Assembly (NCBI GenBank): GCA_010015805.1
Contig: ML978124.1
Span: 558,001-622,000 of the forward strand
Reading direction: 5' to 3'
Length of the DNA stretch: 64,000 bases
From: Rhizodiscina lignyota
Lineage: Eukaryota
The notes beneath the pieces were generated by a model, which was given only the letters and a program-made list of their open reading frames with translations, searched no databases and was not told the origin of the DNA. Shown here one piece after another: positions 48,666-61,600 of the stretch. Within the stretch, counting starts at the first letter, position 1, and every line of letters begins with the position of its first letter. The position numbers and the translations under genes were made by a program.

Positions 48666-49748
48666 ATGGCTCCTCCAACGCTTCCGACACATCAATTGGG
48701 CAAAGACGGCCCACAAGTCACGGCGATTGGCTATGGAATGATGGGATTGTAAATTGAACCATCTCCAGATCCCCAAAACTCCAACTAACCCCTCTCCAGG
48801 TCCGCCAACTACGGCGCCCCACTCCCAGACGACCAGCGCTTCGCCCTCCTCGACAAGATCTACGAGGCGGGCGAGTTATTCTGGGACTCATCCGACTCGT
48901 ACGGCGACTCCGAAGTCCTCATCGGCAGGTGGTTCGCGCAGCACCCCGAGCGCAGAAAGGACATCTTCCTCTGCACCAAGTTTGGGCAGCGCTTCCAGCC
49001 CGACGGCTCTCGCGCCGTCGACAGCTCGCCCGCGTGGGTGCGCCAGGCGTGCGAGAACAGCCTGAAGAAGATGGGTGTCGACACCATCGACCTGTGGTAC
49101 TCACACCGGCAGGATAAGAAGACGCCGATCGAGCAGACGGTGCGCGCGATGGACGAGATGCGCAAGGAGGGCAAGGTCCGCTACCTGGGCCTCAGCGAGT
49201 GCAGCGCCAACAGTCTGCGGAGGGCGTGCAAGGCCGCCAAGATCTCCGCCGTGCAGCTGGAGTACAGCCCGTTCTCGCTGGAGATTGAGAGCGAGCAGAT
49301 TGACCTGCTGCGGACGGCGCGCGAGCTGGGCGTCGCGGTGGTCGCGTACTCGCCTGTCGGCAGAGGCATGCTGACCGGCACGATCACATCTCCGGATCAG
49401 TTCGAGCCGGGCGATTTCAGGGCGAGGATTCCGCGCTTCAGCAAGGAGAACTTCCACAAGAACATCGAACTGGTGGACAACATGAAGAAAATTGCGCAGA
49501 AGAAGGGCTGCACGCCTGCTCAGTTGGCGCTTGCCTGGGTGCTGGCGCAAGGAAAGGATGTCATTCCGATTCCAGGGACGACAAAGTTTGAGCGGTTCGA
49601 GGAGAATATGGGTGCGCTAAAGGTGAAGCTCACGCCAGAGGAGGTGAAGGAGATCCGGGACATGGCAAAGGCATGTGAGCCGGAGGGCGATCGATACCCT
49701 GATTTCATGATGGGACATCTTTTCGCCGATACACCAGAAGAGGCTTAG
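48666..49748 (+). CDS. Aldo-keto reductase (YakC/AKR13-like); exons 48666-48748, 48800-49748
   Basis: LGKDGPQVTAIGYGMMGL/S, WDSSDSYGDSE, IFLCTKFG, IDLWYSHR, GKVRYLGLSE, VQLEYSPF and IPIPGT; intron 48749-48799 GTAAAT...CTAAC...CAG. Confidence 0.94.
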
Positions 49749-50398
49749 AGTAAGGCAGAAAGGTTACTAATTTCACGGAGGGAAGTGCATTGAACTATGA
49801 GTCTTGATTTTACATTCCATGAGCTTTACATTTAAGCATCTATGGAGTATCTAACAAATATGAGCGTACACATGAATATTCCAGTGTGCTTGGATTTAAT
49901 TCGTCCCGTGAAGGCCACCAAGTATGCACCAAGTATTGAGAAAACGCACACCTTCTTTCAGTGTGCTTGGACGTAGTCCAGTCCAATGCTGCGGAGACCA
50001 AGACTAAGGGGAAAGTGGTGCCAAGAGTGTGTCATTGTCACCGAAAACGCAGGCTGTATTCGCTTCGCAAACCAAGGAGCTCGGAAGATGAAAAAAAGTG
50101 CCAATGTGCAAATAAGGCAGCGCTCCAATGTGAATCGTTTTTCGAATGAGGATCGCTTGCCAAGTGGAAATCGTTTTGGGAAAGTGAACAAAGTGTGCAG
50201 AATAAGCGCTTTCCAAGTGTGAGGGACCCGTGACTGAGCGCCATGCAGGAGCTATGTCGAGTTCCTGACTCCGTAACGCCGATCCATGCATGTCTAGTGA
50301 ACAGTGCTGTCCGGAAAACAAAGGAAAAGTGTAAACAGTCGAGGCCGTCAAAAGAAAAGCAGAAAGGAAAAGTTCAGTGTCGTCTTGTCTGAAACGAC

Positions 50399-53300
50399 CT
50401 AGGTATGGCGTCTGATTTCACCACCACTTGTTTGTCTTCGGGTTCTTCTCGGATTCAAGACAGAACTCGGCTTTGGGACTGGTGCCGTCGTCGTGATAGA
50501 TCCACCTCCCACTGGCTTGTGCGTCGGCGTGATGTTTTCTTCGTTTTGACCGGTGTCGGTGCGTGATTGCTGGCTTGCCAGACTGAGTCTTCCGAGTCGA
50601 GTAGCGCTAGTGCGTGGAAGTCTGCTCTTTGGCCCTGAACCTGAAGTGCTGAGAGCGCTGAGGCCATGTGAGAAGCCAGAACCATTGGTATTTGGAGTAG
50701 ATCCAGAATTGCTGTCCCTCGAAGCAGGGCGTAGAGTTGGAGTGCTACCTGTCATAGAAAGTGCCGAAGTGATGGATGAAGCAGAAGCGTTCGAACCGAT
50801 ACTGCTCACGCTATTGCGAGGGCGTGAGCGAGGAGATTGGAGGGCACTGTCGAAGTAAGATGGTCGAGCATGGTGCTGAGAAGTTGATGCAATTGAGAGT
50901 GGTTGATATTGTCCACTGCCGGTTAGAGTTGAAGAACTAGATCGGCGCATTGGTGATCGCATCTGTGGGCCCTCGGCGAATTTGAGAAGTTCCGTCGCAA
51001 TTTCCCTAGCCAACAGTGCCTGATCTTGCTGGACGCGCCGCAGGCTATCGAGAAGGCCGGAAGATAGAAGGAGAGAGGCGCAGCGATCGTCGGTGGCCTC
51101 GCAAATGTCGCGGATGACCCTAAGTAACGAGACCCTAACGATGGGCTTCTTCGTCTGCAACTTCTGTACGGTTCTGACAAAGATCTCATCTCTTGCCAAG
51201 CATGCCGCGACGGCAGGACTAAGGCGGACAATCTTCTGAAGAGGCTCAAGAAGATTCTCGAACACATCCGATGACGTGTTCTTGTTGGTAAAGCACTGTA
51301 CGATGGCGTCACTGAATGCACCATCGAGAAGTCCTTGCTCTACTCTGGCGGTTTCTTCTTGAAGCCTATACCTGTGTTAATAAGAGGGAATAGTAAATCA
51401 GATTACAAAAGCACTTACCAGACAAAGATTGCGTCGAGAGCTTGTGTCTGGTAGTACAGATCACCAAGCAATCGAATGTAGAATTGAAGCCCACGGTTTG
51501 CCCACAGAGCCTTGCGGCCGGACTTGCCAGAGTGCGCCATTTCGCAAAGAATCGGCAGAGCAAACTCTTTCACAGCCCTTCCACTTGAGCCAGCTTCCAT
51601 GAGCAATGGAATGATGCCTTTCTTGGCGGCAAATTCCTGCCTTGGCTTATTGTGTTTGCAAAGATTCCACAAGATGTTCAGGACTTGGTTCTCCACTTCT
51701 TGTGAACTCGACTCCTCGGCGTTCTTCAGAAGGTTGATGAGAAGCTCGATAGCGCCGGAATTCAGCAGGGCCTCATGCGTTGTGGACAGCATTGAGAGGT
51801 GCTTGATGAATTTCAGCATCGTTACCCGATGTGTGGGTTTCATTCGGTCCAGGTCGTTGAGTAGGGCTAAAGATTCAAGCAGTCAGATTAACTATGGAAA
51901 TGGTTGATGAGATGCAACTTACAAGATAGCACTTGTCGATCCGCAGAGAGCTCCTGGACGTAGGGCGCCGACTGAGAGAAAAGGTAGAAGAGGTTGACGA
52001 CACGTTCTTGGACAAGCTCTGCAATCTCGCTGTCCTCGTCGAGAATTTGATTCAGGACGTCTGCCAGTGGAGCAAGCAATTGGTTTCGCGATAGAATGCG
52101 GCAGTAGTCATTCTTTCGTGTGATTCCCTGCAAGTCGAAGACCTTCTGGAGACCCATTAAGCCTATCAGCACCATGTCCCGCTCTGTCACTAGGTCTTCC
52201 TCGATCAGCGCCGCGAGAATCTTGAGGCCTCCACTGCCGATGAATATTTGCAGCGTCTGGGGTGATGACTGATACATCTGCCGGATGAAAGCAGCAGCCT
52301 CCATGCGGATGTCCCTTGCGTAATTTTTGCCTGCAAACTTTGTGACAATTGGTATTCCACCAATCTCGCACAAGTGTTCGTGGACCTCCCAATCATCGAA
52401 GATGATCTCATTGATGATCTTAAGGGCCGGCAGCAGTAGGTCCCTTCGAGTGGACGTTTCTAGGATCTCGAGTGTTGGTAGGACGCCGCCACACTTGACA
52501 ATGATGTCTTTGGCATCGGGAGATTCGGCGAGATATTGCATAAGCTGATCGCATCGTTCGAAAAGTACTTCTTCCAGCTGCGAAGGATTGATGGAATCCA
52601 CGATATTTTGAATGGCCTGCGTCATGCGAGCATGTCGGTCTCGAGCAATATTCTCTTCCATGTCCATAGTTTCATCAAAACCTTCATCCAGTTGCGCGAA
52701 TGGATCATCCTCTTCTTCGTCTTCGTTCGATGACAAACCAGCTTTCATCATGTTGGAGGGCTTAATCATGAGTGTGCTCCGATCAGATCCACTCTCATCC
52801 TTGTCGAGGAGATCAGAGAGGTCAAGATCTCCATCGTTGTCCGCATACTTTTCGATCTCCAGTTCAGAGTCTGTCCTCTGAAGTGGAACATTCTCCTTGT
52901 CTTCAGTAGGAGTAAGTCTCCTTCGCACACTGCCATTGATTCTGTTGTGTTGTGCTAAGCGAGCGGCGTTCTTCAGGTGGGAAGGATGGAAAAGTTTTGG
53001 CGAGAAACTGTCATTTTCTTCTTGCGCTTGTCTCGCATGGACAGCCTTTTGGAAAGCAACATCGTCTGTGACGAGATCGGAGTAGTCCATCGATGATTCT
53101 TCTCGGTATAAAGCTGGTCTAGCAGCGGATGGCATGCTTGATTTTGCTTGTGGGGCCTTTGTAGCCGTTCGGATGGCGAGGTTCTTTGATTGAGAAATCG
53201 AACGCATTGGGGAACCGTTCGTGGTTGTAGATGTGAAGCGGTACTCGTTGTTTGACGTGGGAGTGAATGGTCTCATTGCTTTCAGAGGATCTGTACGAGT

Positions 53301-54815
53301 GAGCTGAACTGGACTTCTCACTGTCCTGTCGTAGTCCTCCATAAGCGGCTCGTCTAATAAAATGTCGCTTTTGCTGAACTCTTTGAGTTTCTCAGAGCTC
53401 AGCATGCCACCGAAGTGATCTTGAGGCTTTAAATGTTGAGCAAGCTGGAGACCAGTAGGATTAAGTGGCGTAGCAAAGTCGTCATCCCAAATGGTACTAT
53501 CTGACTCGGTTTCAGGTGAGCGATAAACCTCTGGGTTCGTCTTGGTCTTCGGAAGATTTGATGGAAGCTTTGTTTGGCCATGTGAAGTTGAAGTTGGAGG
53601 GAGGCTAATATCAGGCGCCCGCGCTGCGGCTGTTCGCGGCGGAGCGGGTGATAGTGATGGAAGGCGACCAGTCTTGCGAAGAGAGCCGTGAGTAGGCGAG
53701 CGCAGTGCTTCATTCCACTCTTGGACGCTTTTAATGGCCTCCTTGTAGTCCGTTGCTTTGTTGAGTTCTTCTGCGTCTCCTCGCCTCGCACTTGATATCC
53801 ACGGATGCCTCAAAAGCTTCTTCGCAGACACCCTTAGATTTGGATCTTTCTGGAAGCACTGCATGAGGAAATCACGCACAGCCTAGGTAATGTGGTTAGT
53901 GTCACCATTTAGCGGAGTCGATTGACCACTTACGGGCGATGCACCACCGGGCAGAGGTGGATGGTCATCATTGACGATGCGAAACAACGCTGGCATAGGC
54001 TGGAGTTTGTGATATGGAGGCTTGCCGTCCAAGAGCTCGATGACAGTACATCCCAAGCTCCATATATCAGACGAAGTCGTTGCTCCAGTAAGCTCTATGA
54101 CTTCGGGAGCCATCCAGTAGGGGGTCCCCACAACGCTGGCCTCATTCATCGTAGAAGCCTTGGTTGCTACACCGAAGTCTGCCAGTTTGACCAAACCCTC
54201 TTTTGTTGTCAGGATATTTGCACCTTTGATATCCCTGTGGATGACACCTTGGTTGTGGAGATACATCAACCCCGTCAGCACTTGTGACATGTATATAGCC
54301 ACAAGATCCTCGGGGAACTTTCCAAAGTTCTTCAGGATGGAGTGCAAAGAGCCATTCTCGCAGTACTCGAGGATGATATTGAGAACTGAGCTGTCTCTCG
54401 TGTAACCGTGATATTTGACGATATTCGGGTGATCGAGGTTCTTGAGGAGATCGATTTCAGACATAATAACTTTCAGTTCGCCTTGGGGAAGGTTCTCGAG
54501 CCGGATCTGCTTAATCGCTACAGTTTCGCCATTGCGGAAGTTGATTGCTCTATAGACCGAACCAAAGGCTCCTCTGCCCAGACAGTCGCCAATTTGCTAT
54601 TTGACAAGTCAGCCAACATGCCATGAAGATTGTCCGCTCATAGTTGACCGTACGTATTGCCCTGCCGAAGCAACATCTTGCCCGCTCTTCGTTCTGCTAC
54701 CATTTCCCCATTGTGATGCGAGAGACGACTCGCTTGCTCTCGCCCTCACACGGCCTGGTGCACCGTTCGCCATGTCCTTCCCATTCAGGTGTTTCTCCGG
54801 CGAGCGAGCAGCCAT
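50399..54815 (-). CDS. sepH: Septation/mitotic-exit kinase SepH/Cdc7/Cdc15; exons 54815-54654, 54596-53934, 53882-51923, 51866-51419, 51365-50399
   Basis: Kinase motifs [23 protein letters not shown] and GTPYWMAPE, then [19 protein letters not shown]-like C-terminal region and [10 protein letters not shown]; four canonical introns. Confidence 0.94.
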
Positions 54816-55671
54816 TGTGGGTTGTCGGAGGCCTTGCACGAAGGTGCCGGAGGAAGCTGAAGGAAGGAGGTAGAGGCGTGTATGTCGGGCACACGGTGAC
54901 GCAGAAGCATTTGCACAGGATTTACGCGTCTGAAGCTCAGGGCGCGATCCTGCAAAACGTTTTCAGCAGCCCCGTAAGCGTCGCCCGCGGGGTTTGTAGG
55001 TGCCCAGCCGTGCTATAGGGGAATTATGGATGTCGCTGCTTGGGACCCTTGTCTACTGGAGTTTGAAGTCGCGAGTCGGGCGTGAGGGTCGCCGCAGGAA
55101 TTCGCGCAGTCCTGTGACTTGGATGGTAGCGCGCATAAGGCGGGAGTCTCGCTCCGCGCTGGACGACGTCGTTTCTGCTCGAAATGATTATGCGACGACG
55201 TTCGCGGCCGGGGCGCAAAGGATAGGGAAAGTGAGCTTCGGTTGTGGCGTCGTCCAATCGCCAGCGACTTTTTAGGTCGTCGTCGACCGGCGGAAAGTTG
55301 GCAGACGCAAGCCACATTTTCGATGTGCATCCCAAAATAGCCGTCACTTTACCAAGAGCAGAACTGTGTATAAAATGCCTTCTACCCAACTTCACGAGTA
55401 CCTACGTCTATCACTATCCCCACCTGATACGCAATCTTGCGTCTTCTAGCTGCAAATCATCACAGATGTGACAACGTGCAGATCGCGTGCCTTTCACATC
55501 CCGGGAGCTCAGAATAGGAGCCAGTCGCGTGCTCTCCGTAGCAGCCAGTAGAAACCCCATGCAGCGATTCAGCATCGTGCATATAGCCCCGTCTCACAAC
55601 CCGCTGCACGCCGAGAGAGCATATTGACGATGTTGTTGCCTTTCACTTCACTGCTCGAAATCATTTCCCCT

Positions 55672-56605
55672 CTATCGCCCCGAGACTACGTTCAGAACTC
55701 CGCCGTCAACTGCCAGGATCTCTCCATTCACGTATACATTCTTCGTCAAGAATATCTGCCAATAAGAAATCAGTCAATGCATGTCCAATGGAGATGAGAA
55801 GGAGGCTTACCACCGCCTGCGCCATCTCCTCATCATGTCCAGCCCTCTGCGCAGGTACGTGGCCCTTCTCCTGAACCTTCTCATCCGGCAGCGAACTCTT
55901 CTGGTCTGGGCCGCTCTCTTTCGCCGTCATCTCGCTAGGGAAATAGCCAGGTGCAATACTGTTCACTCTGACTCTGACCTTCTGGAATTCCGCGCTCATA
56001 AGCTTCGTGAGATGAACCGTTCCGCCTTTTGCGGCATTGTACGAGAAGTGGCCTTGGGCATGTCTCATGATCCCGCTCATACTGGAAATGACGATAACGG
56101 ACGCTGAGAGATGGCCATGCGTGTCCGTACCCTTTTGGAGAAGCGGCAAGAACGCAACAGTGGTGAAATAGACAGCAGTAACGTCGGTATTCATCGTCTC
56201 GTTCCACTCCTCGAAGGACTCATTGTCCCACAGCTTCGCTTTCAAGCTCTCAGCCTCTTCGCGGTCCGGCTCTGCCTTCGGTCCTGCTATGCCAGCCGCA
56301 GCCACCAGAAGGTTGATGTATTTCTCCTTCTTCGAGATTTCTTCCACAAGATTCTGGAGGCTCTCTTTGCTTCGAACGTCGCATGGACCGCATGGTATGA
56401 TCTCGCCACCCTCTTCTGGATTATGTGATTTGGCGGCGGCCTCCAAGGCTTCTGCTCTTCGTCCTGTTATGTAGACTTTTGCACCGTTGGCGGCGAGAAC
56501 TTGGGCAGCCATCAAGCCAATGCCCGATCCTCCACCTGTGATGACGCAGACATAGTCTTTGACTGAGAATAAATGCTCCACACGAAGGTCTGATGTCTTC
56601 GCCAT
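55672..56605 (-). CDS. Short-chain dehydrogenase/reductase; exons 56605-55811, 55755-55672
   Basis: TGGGSGIG, YNAAK and RVNSIAPGYFPS; intron 55810-55756 restores C-terminal YVNGEILAVDGG. Confidence 0.93.
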
Positions 56606-57059
56606 TTTCAAGTGGAACTTGAGGTTTGACTATAAGAGAAATTGCAAATTGAAGGTAAACGAAATTTTGGAAGCAGTGTGAAAGGCAGTGGCAATAGGAG
56701 GCAGTATTGGATAGAAGATTTAAGGAGGAGCATTCGAGGGAGAAATTAATTCTGACGCGTCTACGTCACTACCATATCATCCCTGCTGTAGTACATACAT
56801 GTCGATCCGGAGGTCGTACAAGACCCTTGTGGGCGAAAATACATGTGGAAAAGCAATATCAAATGCTCTGGCCTGCCTTCAACTGTAGTATCAATATTGC
56901 TGTACTTGGTCCTGCAATGAAGATTGCTAAGAAGCACGGCATACTCTAGTTGTAGCGAGATTTCAAGGTGTTCGCGTGCCCCACCAAAAATTCTGAACCC
57001 CTCTCATCGATACCATCCTCGATCAATTCCTCCTCTCTGTATAAAGACTCAACTCCAAA

Positions 57060-58436
57060 ATGTCATCACTCTCACTACCGTCTCCACAGCAAACCATAAA
57101 ACCACTTGCAACGCTGAATCCTCCCTCGACTGCGCGGACATGGCACACCGCGCCACATCCCTATCTCCCTCTCGCCGCAACCTCCTCCTCTGACAAGACA
57201 GTGCGCATATACTCCCTTCTCGACTTTCGACTCCACTCGAGTGTGAGCGGCGGACACAAGCGCTCCATCCGCACGAGCGCTTGGAAGCCTGGCACGAAAT
57301 CTGCCGGTGAGAGCGTACTTGCAACGGGTAGCTTTGATGCTAGCGCCGGCATATGGAGGCGCTGGGATGGCGGCGTGAAAGGGATGAAAGAGGAGCAAGA
57401 TTTCACAGGCGGTTTTGCTGGGGGAGGTGATGATGGGCTAGAGGGTGATGGGGATGGGGATGATGAGGACGAGGAGTGGCGCTTCGCTGTGGTTTTGGAC
57501 GGTCACGAATCGGAGATTAAGTCTGTGGCTTGGAGTGCGGGTGGGCAGTATCTAGCGACTTGCTCGCGCGACAAGAGCGTGTGGGTGTGGGAAGAGATGG
57601 AGGATGATAATTTTGAGACGGTGGCCGTAATGCAAGAGCATGAGGGAGACGTCAAGTGCGTGGCGTGGCATCCGACAGAGGAGCTGCTTGCGAGCGGAAG
57701 CTACGATGACACGATTCGACTGTACAAAGAAGACTTGGACGACTGGACGTGTGTCGCCATTATGAACGGACACGATGCAACTGTCTGGTGGGTTGAGTTC
57801 GAAAGTGAGAAAGTTGTGGGATTGGAAAACCAGGAAGAAGTAGACGGCACAGATGATATGAAAGAGCAACGGAAGATTTGGTTGGAGAGGAGAGAAAATG
57901 CAGGTGCTCGATTAATTTCGTGCTCTGACGACCTCAGTATACGTATATGGAGAAGAATACCGCGAGAGCGGCCGGACGTACCAACAGGACAAGGCAGAAT
58001 GCCAAGTATACTTCGGAGCAACAGCATCGAAGAGGAATGGGTGGAAGAAGCTAGGCTACCCCAGCGGCACGAGAGGTCTGTGTATACTGTATCTTGGAGT
58101 AGGAAAACAGGAATGGTGGTGAGCACAGGAAGCGACGGCAAGGTTGTCGTATACAAAGAGCGATGGAAACAATCATCATCCTCTGCAGGACCGACCGATG
58201 ACAACGGTGATCGTGCGATGTCAGAGGGCAGAAATGCATCTAACGGTCACAATAATACCACAATCGCAGAGACTGAGTGGATTGTTGTTGCTGAGATGTC
58301 TGATGCGCATGACGTCTTTGAAGTCAACCATGTCTGCTGGGCGCCTAGATGGGATAAAGGCAGGAGAAGCGAAGATGAGGAAATGATCATGACAACAGGA
58401 GACGATGGTGAAGTCAAAGCTTGGATTTTAGAATAG
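57060..58436 (+). CDS. CIA1: Cytosolic iron-sulfur assembly WD40 protein Cia1
   Basis: GHKRSIRTSAW, LATGSFDA, LDGHESEIKSVAWS, LATCSRDKSVWVWE and HEGDVKCVAWHP; intronless 458 aa. Confidence 0.95.
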   Translation: MSSLSLPSPQQTIKPLATLNPPSTARTWHTAPHPYLPLAATSSSDKTVRIYSLLDFRLHSSVSGGHKRSIRTSAWKPGTKSAGESVLATGSFDASAGIWRRWDGGVKGMKEEQDFTGGFAGGGDDGLEGDGDGDDEDEEWRFAVVLDGHESEIKSVAWSAGGQYLATCSRDKSVWVWEEMEDDNFETVAVMQEHEGDVKCVAWHPTEELLASGSYDDTIRLYKEDLDDWTCVAIMNGHDATVWWVEFESEKVVGLENQEEVDGTDDMKEQRKIWLERRENAGARLISCSDDLSIRIWRRIPRERPDVPTGQGRMPSILRSNSIEEEWVEEARLPQRHERSVYTVSWSRKTGMVVSTGSDGKVVVYKERWKQSSSSAGPTDDNGDRAMSEGRNASNGHNNTTIAETEWIVVAEMSDAHDVFEVNHVCWAPRWDKGRRSEDEEMIMTTGDDGEVKAWILE

Positions 58437-58602
58437 AGATGTGAAACTACAACTTTGAATCACATCGGCTCAACCTCCTTTCGACTTTCGCGTATCTTCC
58501 GATCTCCCTTAGCTTACAGAACGATTCTATCTGTACAAGTGATTCCATGATCTGAAACGCAGCAAGAAATATCAACCTCTAATGGTAAAGCAGGGCCCCA
58601 TA

Positions 58603-61600
58603 TCAACCAGCAGTGTCCACAACCTCAGCAAACCACTGTCTCAACGCCGTTGCCAAAACTCCTGGTAACTCCTTGACATCCCTCACGACAATCCACCACT
58701 TGAAGGGAAACGTATCAAGATACTTCCTCCGCACAAGCTTCATCTCCCCATTCTCGTCGGCTCCAAACTCGGCCGTTTGAAGGTCCATGATGCTCTGCTG
58801 ACTCTGCTTCCCACTACCGGAATTGGTATCCTTTGATGCTGCATCGACAATGACGAAGACAATCATTATTCTCTCCTCCTGTGCTTGCCGAACCAGTCTT
58901 TGGATAGTCGCGTGGTCTTCGCAGATGCCGTCGCTGATAACGAGTTCTAGCTGCCAAAGCTCCGCTCCACTGCCGCTTGCCCTCATCCTCGCCTCGCGGA
59001 ACAGTTCCAAGCTCTTCGCAATCAGCTTTCTCACATCAGTTTTTGTTTGCGTAAATCCGAATCTTTGAATCGCATCCGCGCCAGCGTCCGAGCCGAATGG
59101 CTTGCCAAACTCATGCGCAACCTCCACGTCTTCCCCAAAACGCACAACACTGACCTCTCCAGCTTCCAACATCGTCAATGCCCTTGCCACAAGCGCGAGC
59201 GTCTCGAAGGCCAATGTAACGGTCCTACTCTCGGCCATGCTCTTGCTATCATCGAGTGCCAACATGATCTGGTAACTGCGCTTAGAGGGCACAGAGCGCC
59301 GCATCCAGATCTTATCACGCTTGTATTGCGAAGCGATATAGGGGATAATACGCTTGATGTTGAGGCGTTTGCCTGTGCGGAAGTCCCCACGCATTTTGGT
59401 TGCAAGTGTCGGTGCGAGGATGAGGCGGAGATGCTCGGTCAAAGAGAGAGCAAGCATGCGAGTAGATGCTTCGTGTTGTGACCAGAGGTTGCGAGCTTCT
59501 TCAGCACTGCGAGGTAAGGTTCGGGATGAGTCCAGTTGGATTGTCGACAACTGCGTGTCGACATCGTCAACATCCGACTCATCTTCCATATCCCCTGGAA
59601 GATTTCCATCGAGGTCCATTCTGTCTCTAGACTCTCCGATGAATGTTCGAGCATTGGCAGCAGTCGGAATGTTGCTTGTATCTTCCACGCTAGTCTCTCC
59701 TAGTCCATCGTCATCATGTGTATCTTGGTCTTGGTCGAACGTTTCCTGCACTTTCGCGACTTCCAGTTCTGTTTCAGGCTTCTCCGGCTCTGTAACGTCC
59801 ATAGCGAGATCTTCATTAAGAGCATGGGCTTGGTCTTCCGATGCCCCACCTAAAGCTTGAGTATCAGCGGCTGCTTCATCAGAACGCAAGTGTTCAAAAT
59901 CGGCATCGGCCATCTCTGTATCTTCAATCTGATCTTGCTCTCTGGATTCTGGGGCAGCATCACGGATCTGCCTCTGTTGCTTGTACCATCGTTCCAGGAT
60001 GTCACCAAGCTTACGGAAGGCTTGCTGCTCCGTGTTCTCTTCATCATCGTTTCGGCCCATAGCACCCATATCAGAAGCTTCTTGAGTCCCAGCTTCAGAG
60101 GCACCTTGATCCATCTCATTGTTCTCTGTATTAGCCCCATGTTGCTGCTGTGCGGAATTGGCAGCCGTGGCGTCGTCTGTTAGCTCCTCTTGATTTTCGT
60201 TCCCAACTCCTTTCTTGTCGCTCTGAGCTGTCTCCTCAGCAGCTTGAGTGTCCTTGTCGTCATGAAAGAGGGGATCATCGCGCTCAGCATGCTCTAAATC
60301 CTCGGTTTCGTCCTGCATGCCCTCCATCGTCTCCTCCATTTGTGAAGATTCATCCACATCCACATCGTTTGGTGTGGGCTGTTCGATATCATCCTCCACA
60401 CGATCCGCCACATCTTCTTTCATGTTCATGTCGTCGTCGCCATCTGCGATTTCTTCTTCATTATCATCTGATGGTCCCTCCTCGGCATCACTAAAATCCA
60501 ATTTGTCGGAGGATGCAGCGTCGGAGTCGGAGTCCGCATTCCCGCCAATATTCATATCCTCGGGCAGATCAAGTGCCTCCTCTTCTCGCATTTGCGGATC
60601 TGCTTTCTCCATCTGCTCTTTGCCAAGTTCCTCTTTTTCCTCTGCTCCAAGCCCCACGTCGTCCTCTCCATCTTCAGGGGTCTGTTCATGGTCCTCGTCT
60701 TTTTGAGCTGCTGTCTGATCTTCTGTCTTTTCCCCAGCTCCTCGCTCCCCCTCCTTTTCCTTTTCGGCATCCCCGCTGTCATCCCACATCTTCTCATCTA
60801 TCGTTGATGGCCCCAGGTCATCTACATCACCAATTTCTTCTTCCAGATCCTTCTCATCCTCTTTGTCAGATTCTGCGGATCCTTCTTCATCGTTATCATC
60901 CGCAACATCTCCCAATTCACCCTCCATTTCTTCATCTGCCATGTCAACTGCATCTTTTTCATCCTCCAACTCTTCTCGATCCTGTTTTGAATCCGGTTGC
61001 TGCGCCAGCTCAGACAGATCCTCATCGTCCTTGATATCCTTGCTGATATCTTCAGCACCCTCTCCCTCGCCAAGACCAGTGCCAGCTTCAAGCTGGTCCG
61101 AGGTTTCCTCTTTGCCTTTCGATCGATCGGGAGGCGTACAGAAGCCCTTTGTTCCAACAATGACAAATGTCTCCGCTAGCTGACTCGCTAGCCGACATGT
61201 GCTGGTGTGCAAGGAGATATACTGCGATACGAGATCACCGAATGTGGAGAGATATTGCTCAAATATAGGCAAAACCGTGGCCAACATTGCGGAGCACAGG
61301 TGTAAATTCTCCATGTCCGCATCCCCTAGCTGCTCCAGAAGCACGTGGAAATTATCGCTGACTACCTTCGATCGGAATACCTTCAAAGAGCTCTGGAGAA
61401 GACCTTGCTCGGTCACGAGCCATGCTCTCTCATCCGATGCCTGCGCAAGTTTCGCAGCGGATTCTAAATGTTGAAATGACGCCAGAGCACCATCGGCAGC
61501 CCTGAAGAGTATCGTCTTGAAATGTTCCGTCTCCATAGGGAAACTCGGAGCAATGCCGTTCGTTTCAGAGCAAGGAATGCTCTCTAACCAAGGATGCAAA

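Noticed and set aside
59047..61183. Many Ser/Phe/Leu-rich + strand ORFs over MDN1 (and similar ones over RTT106 at 2673-3245)
   Set aside because: Antisense by-products of Asp/Glu-rich coding tracts.
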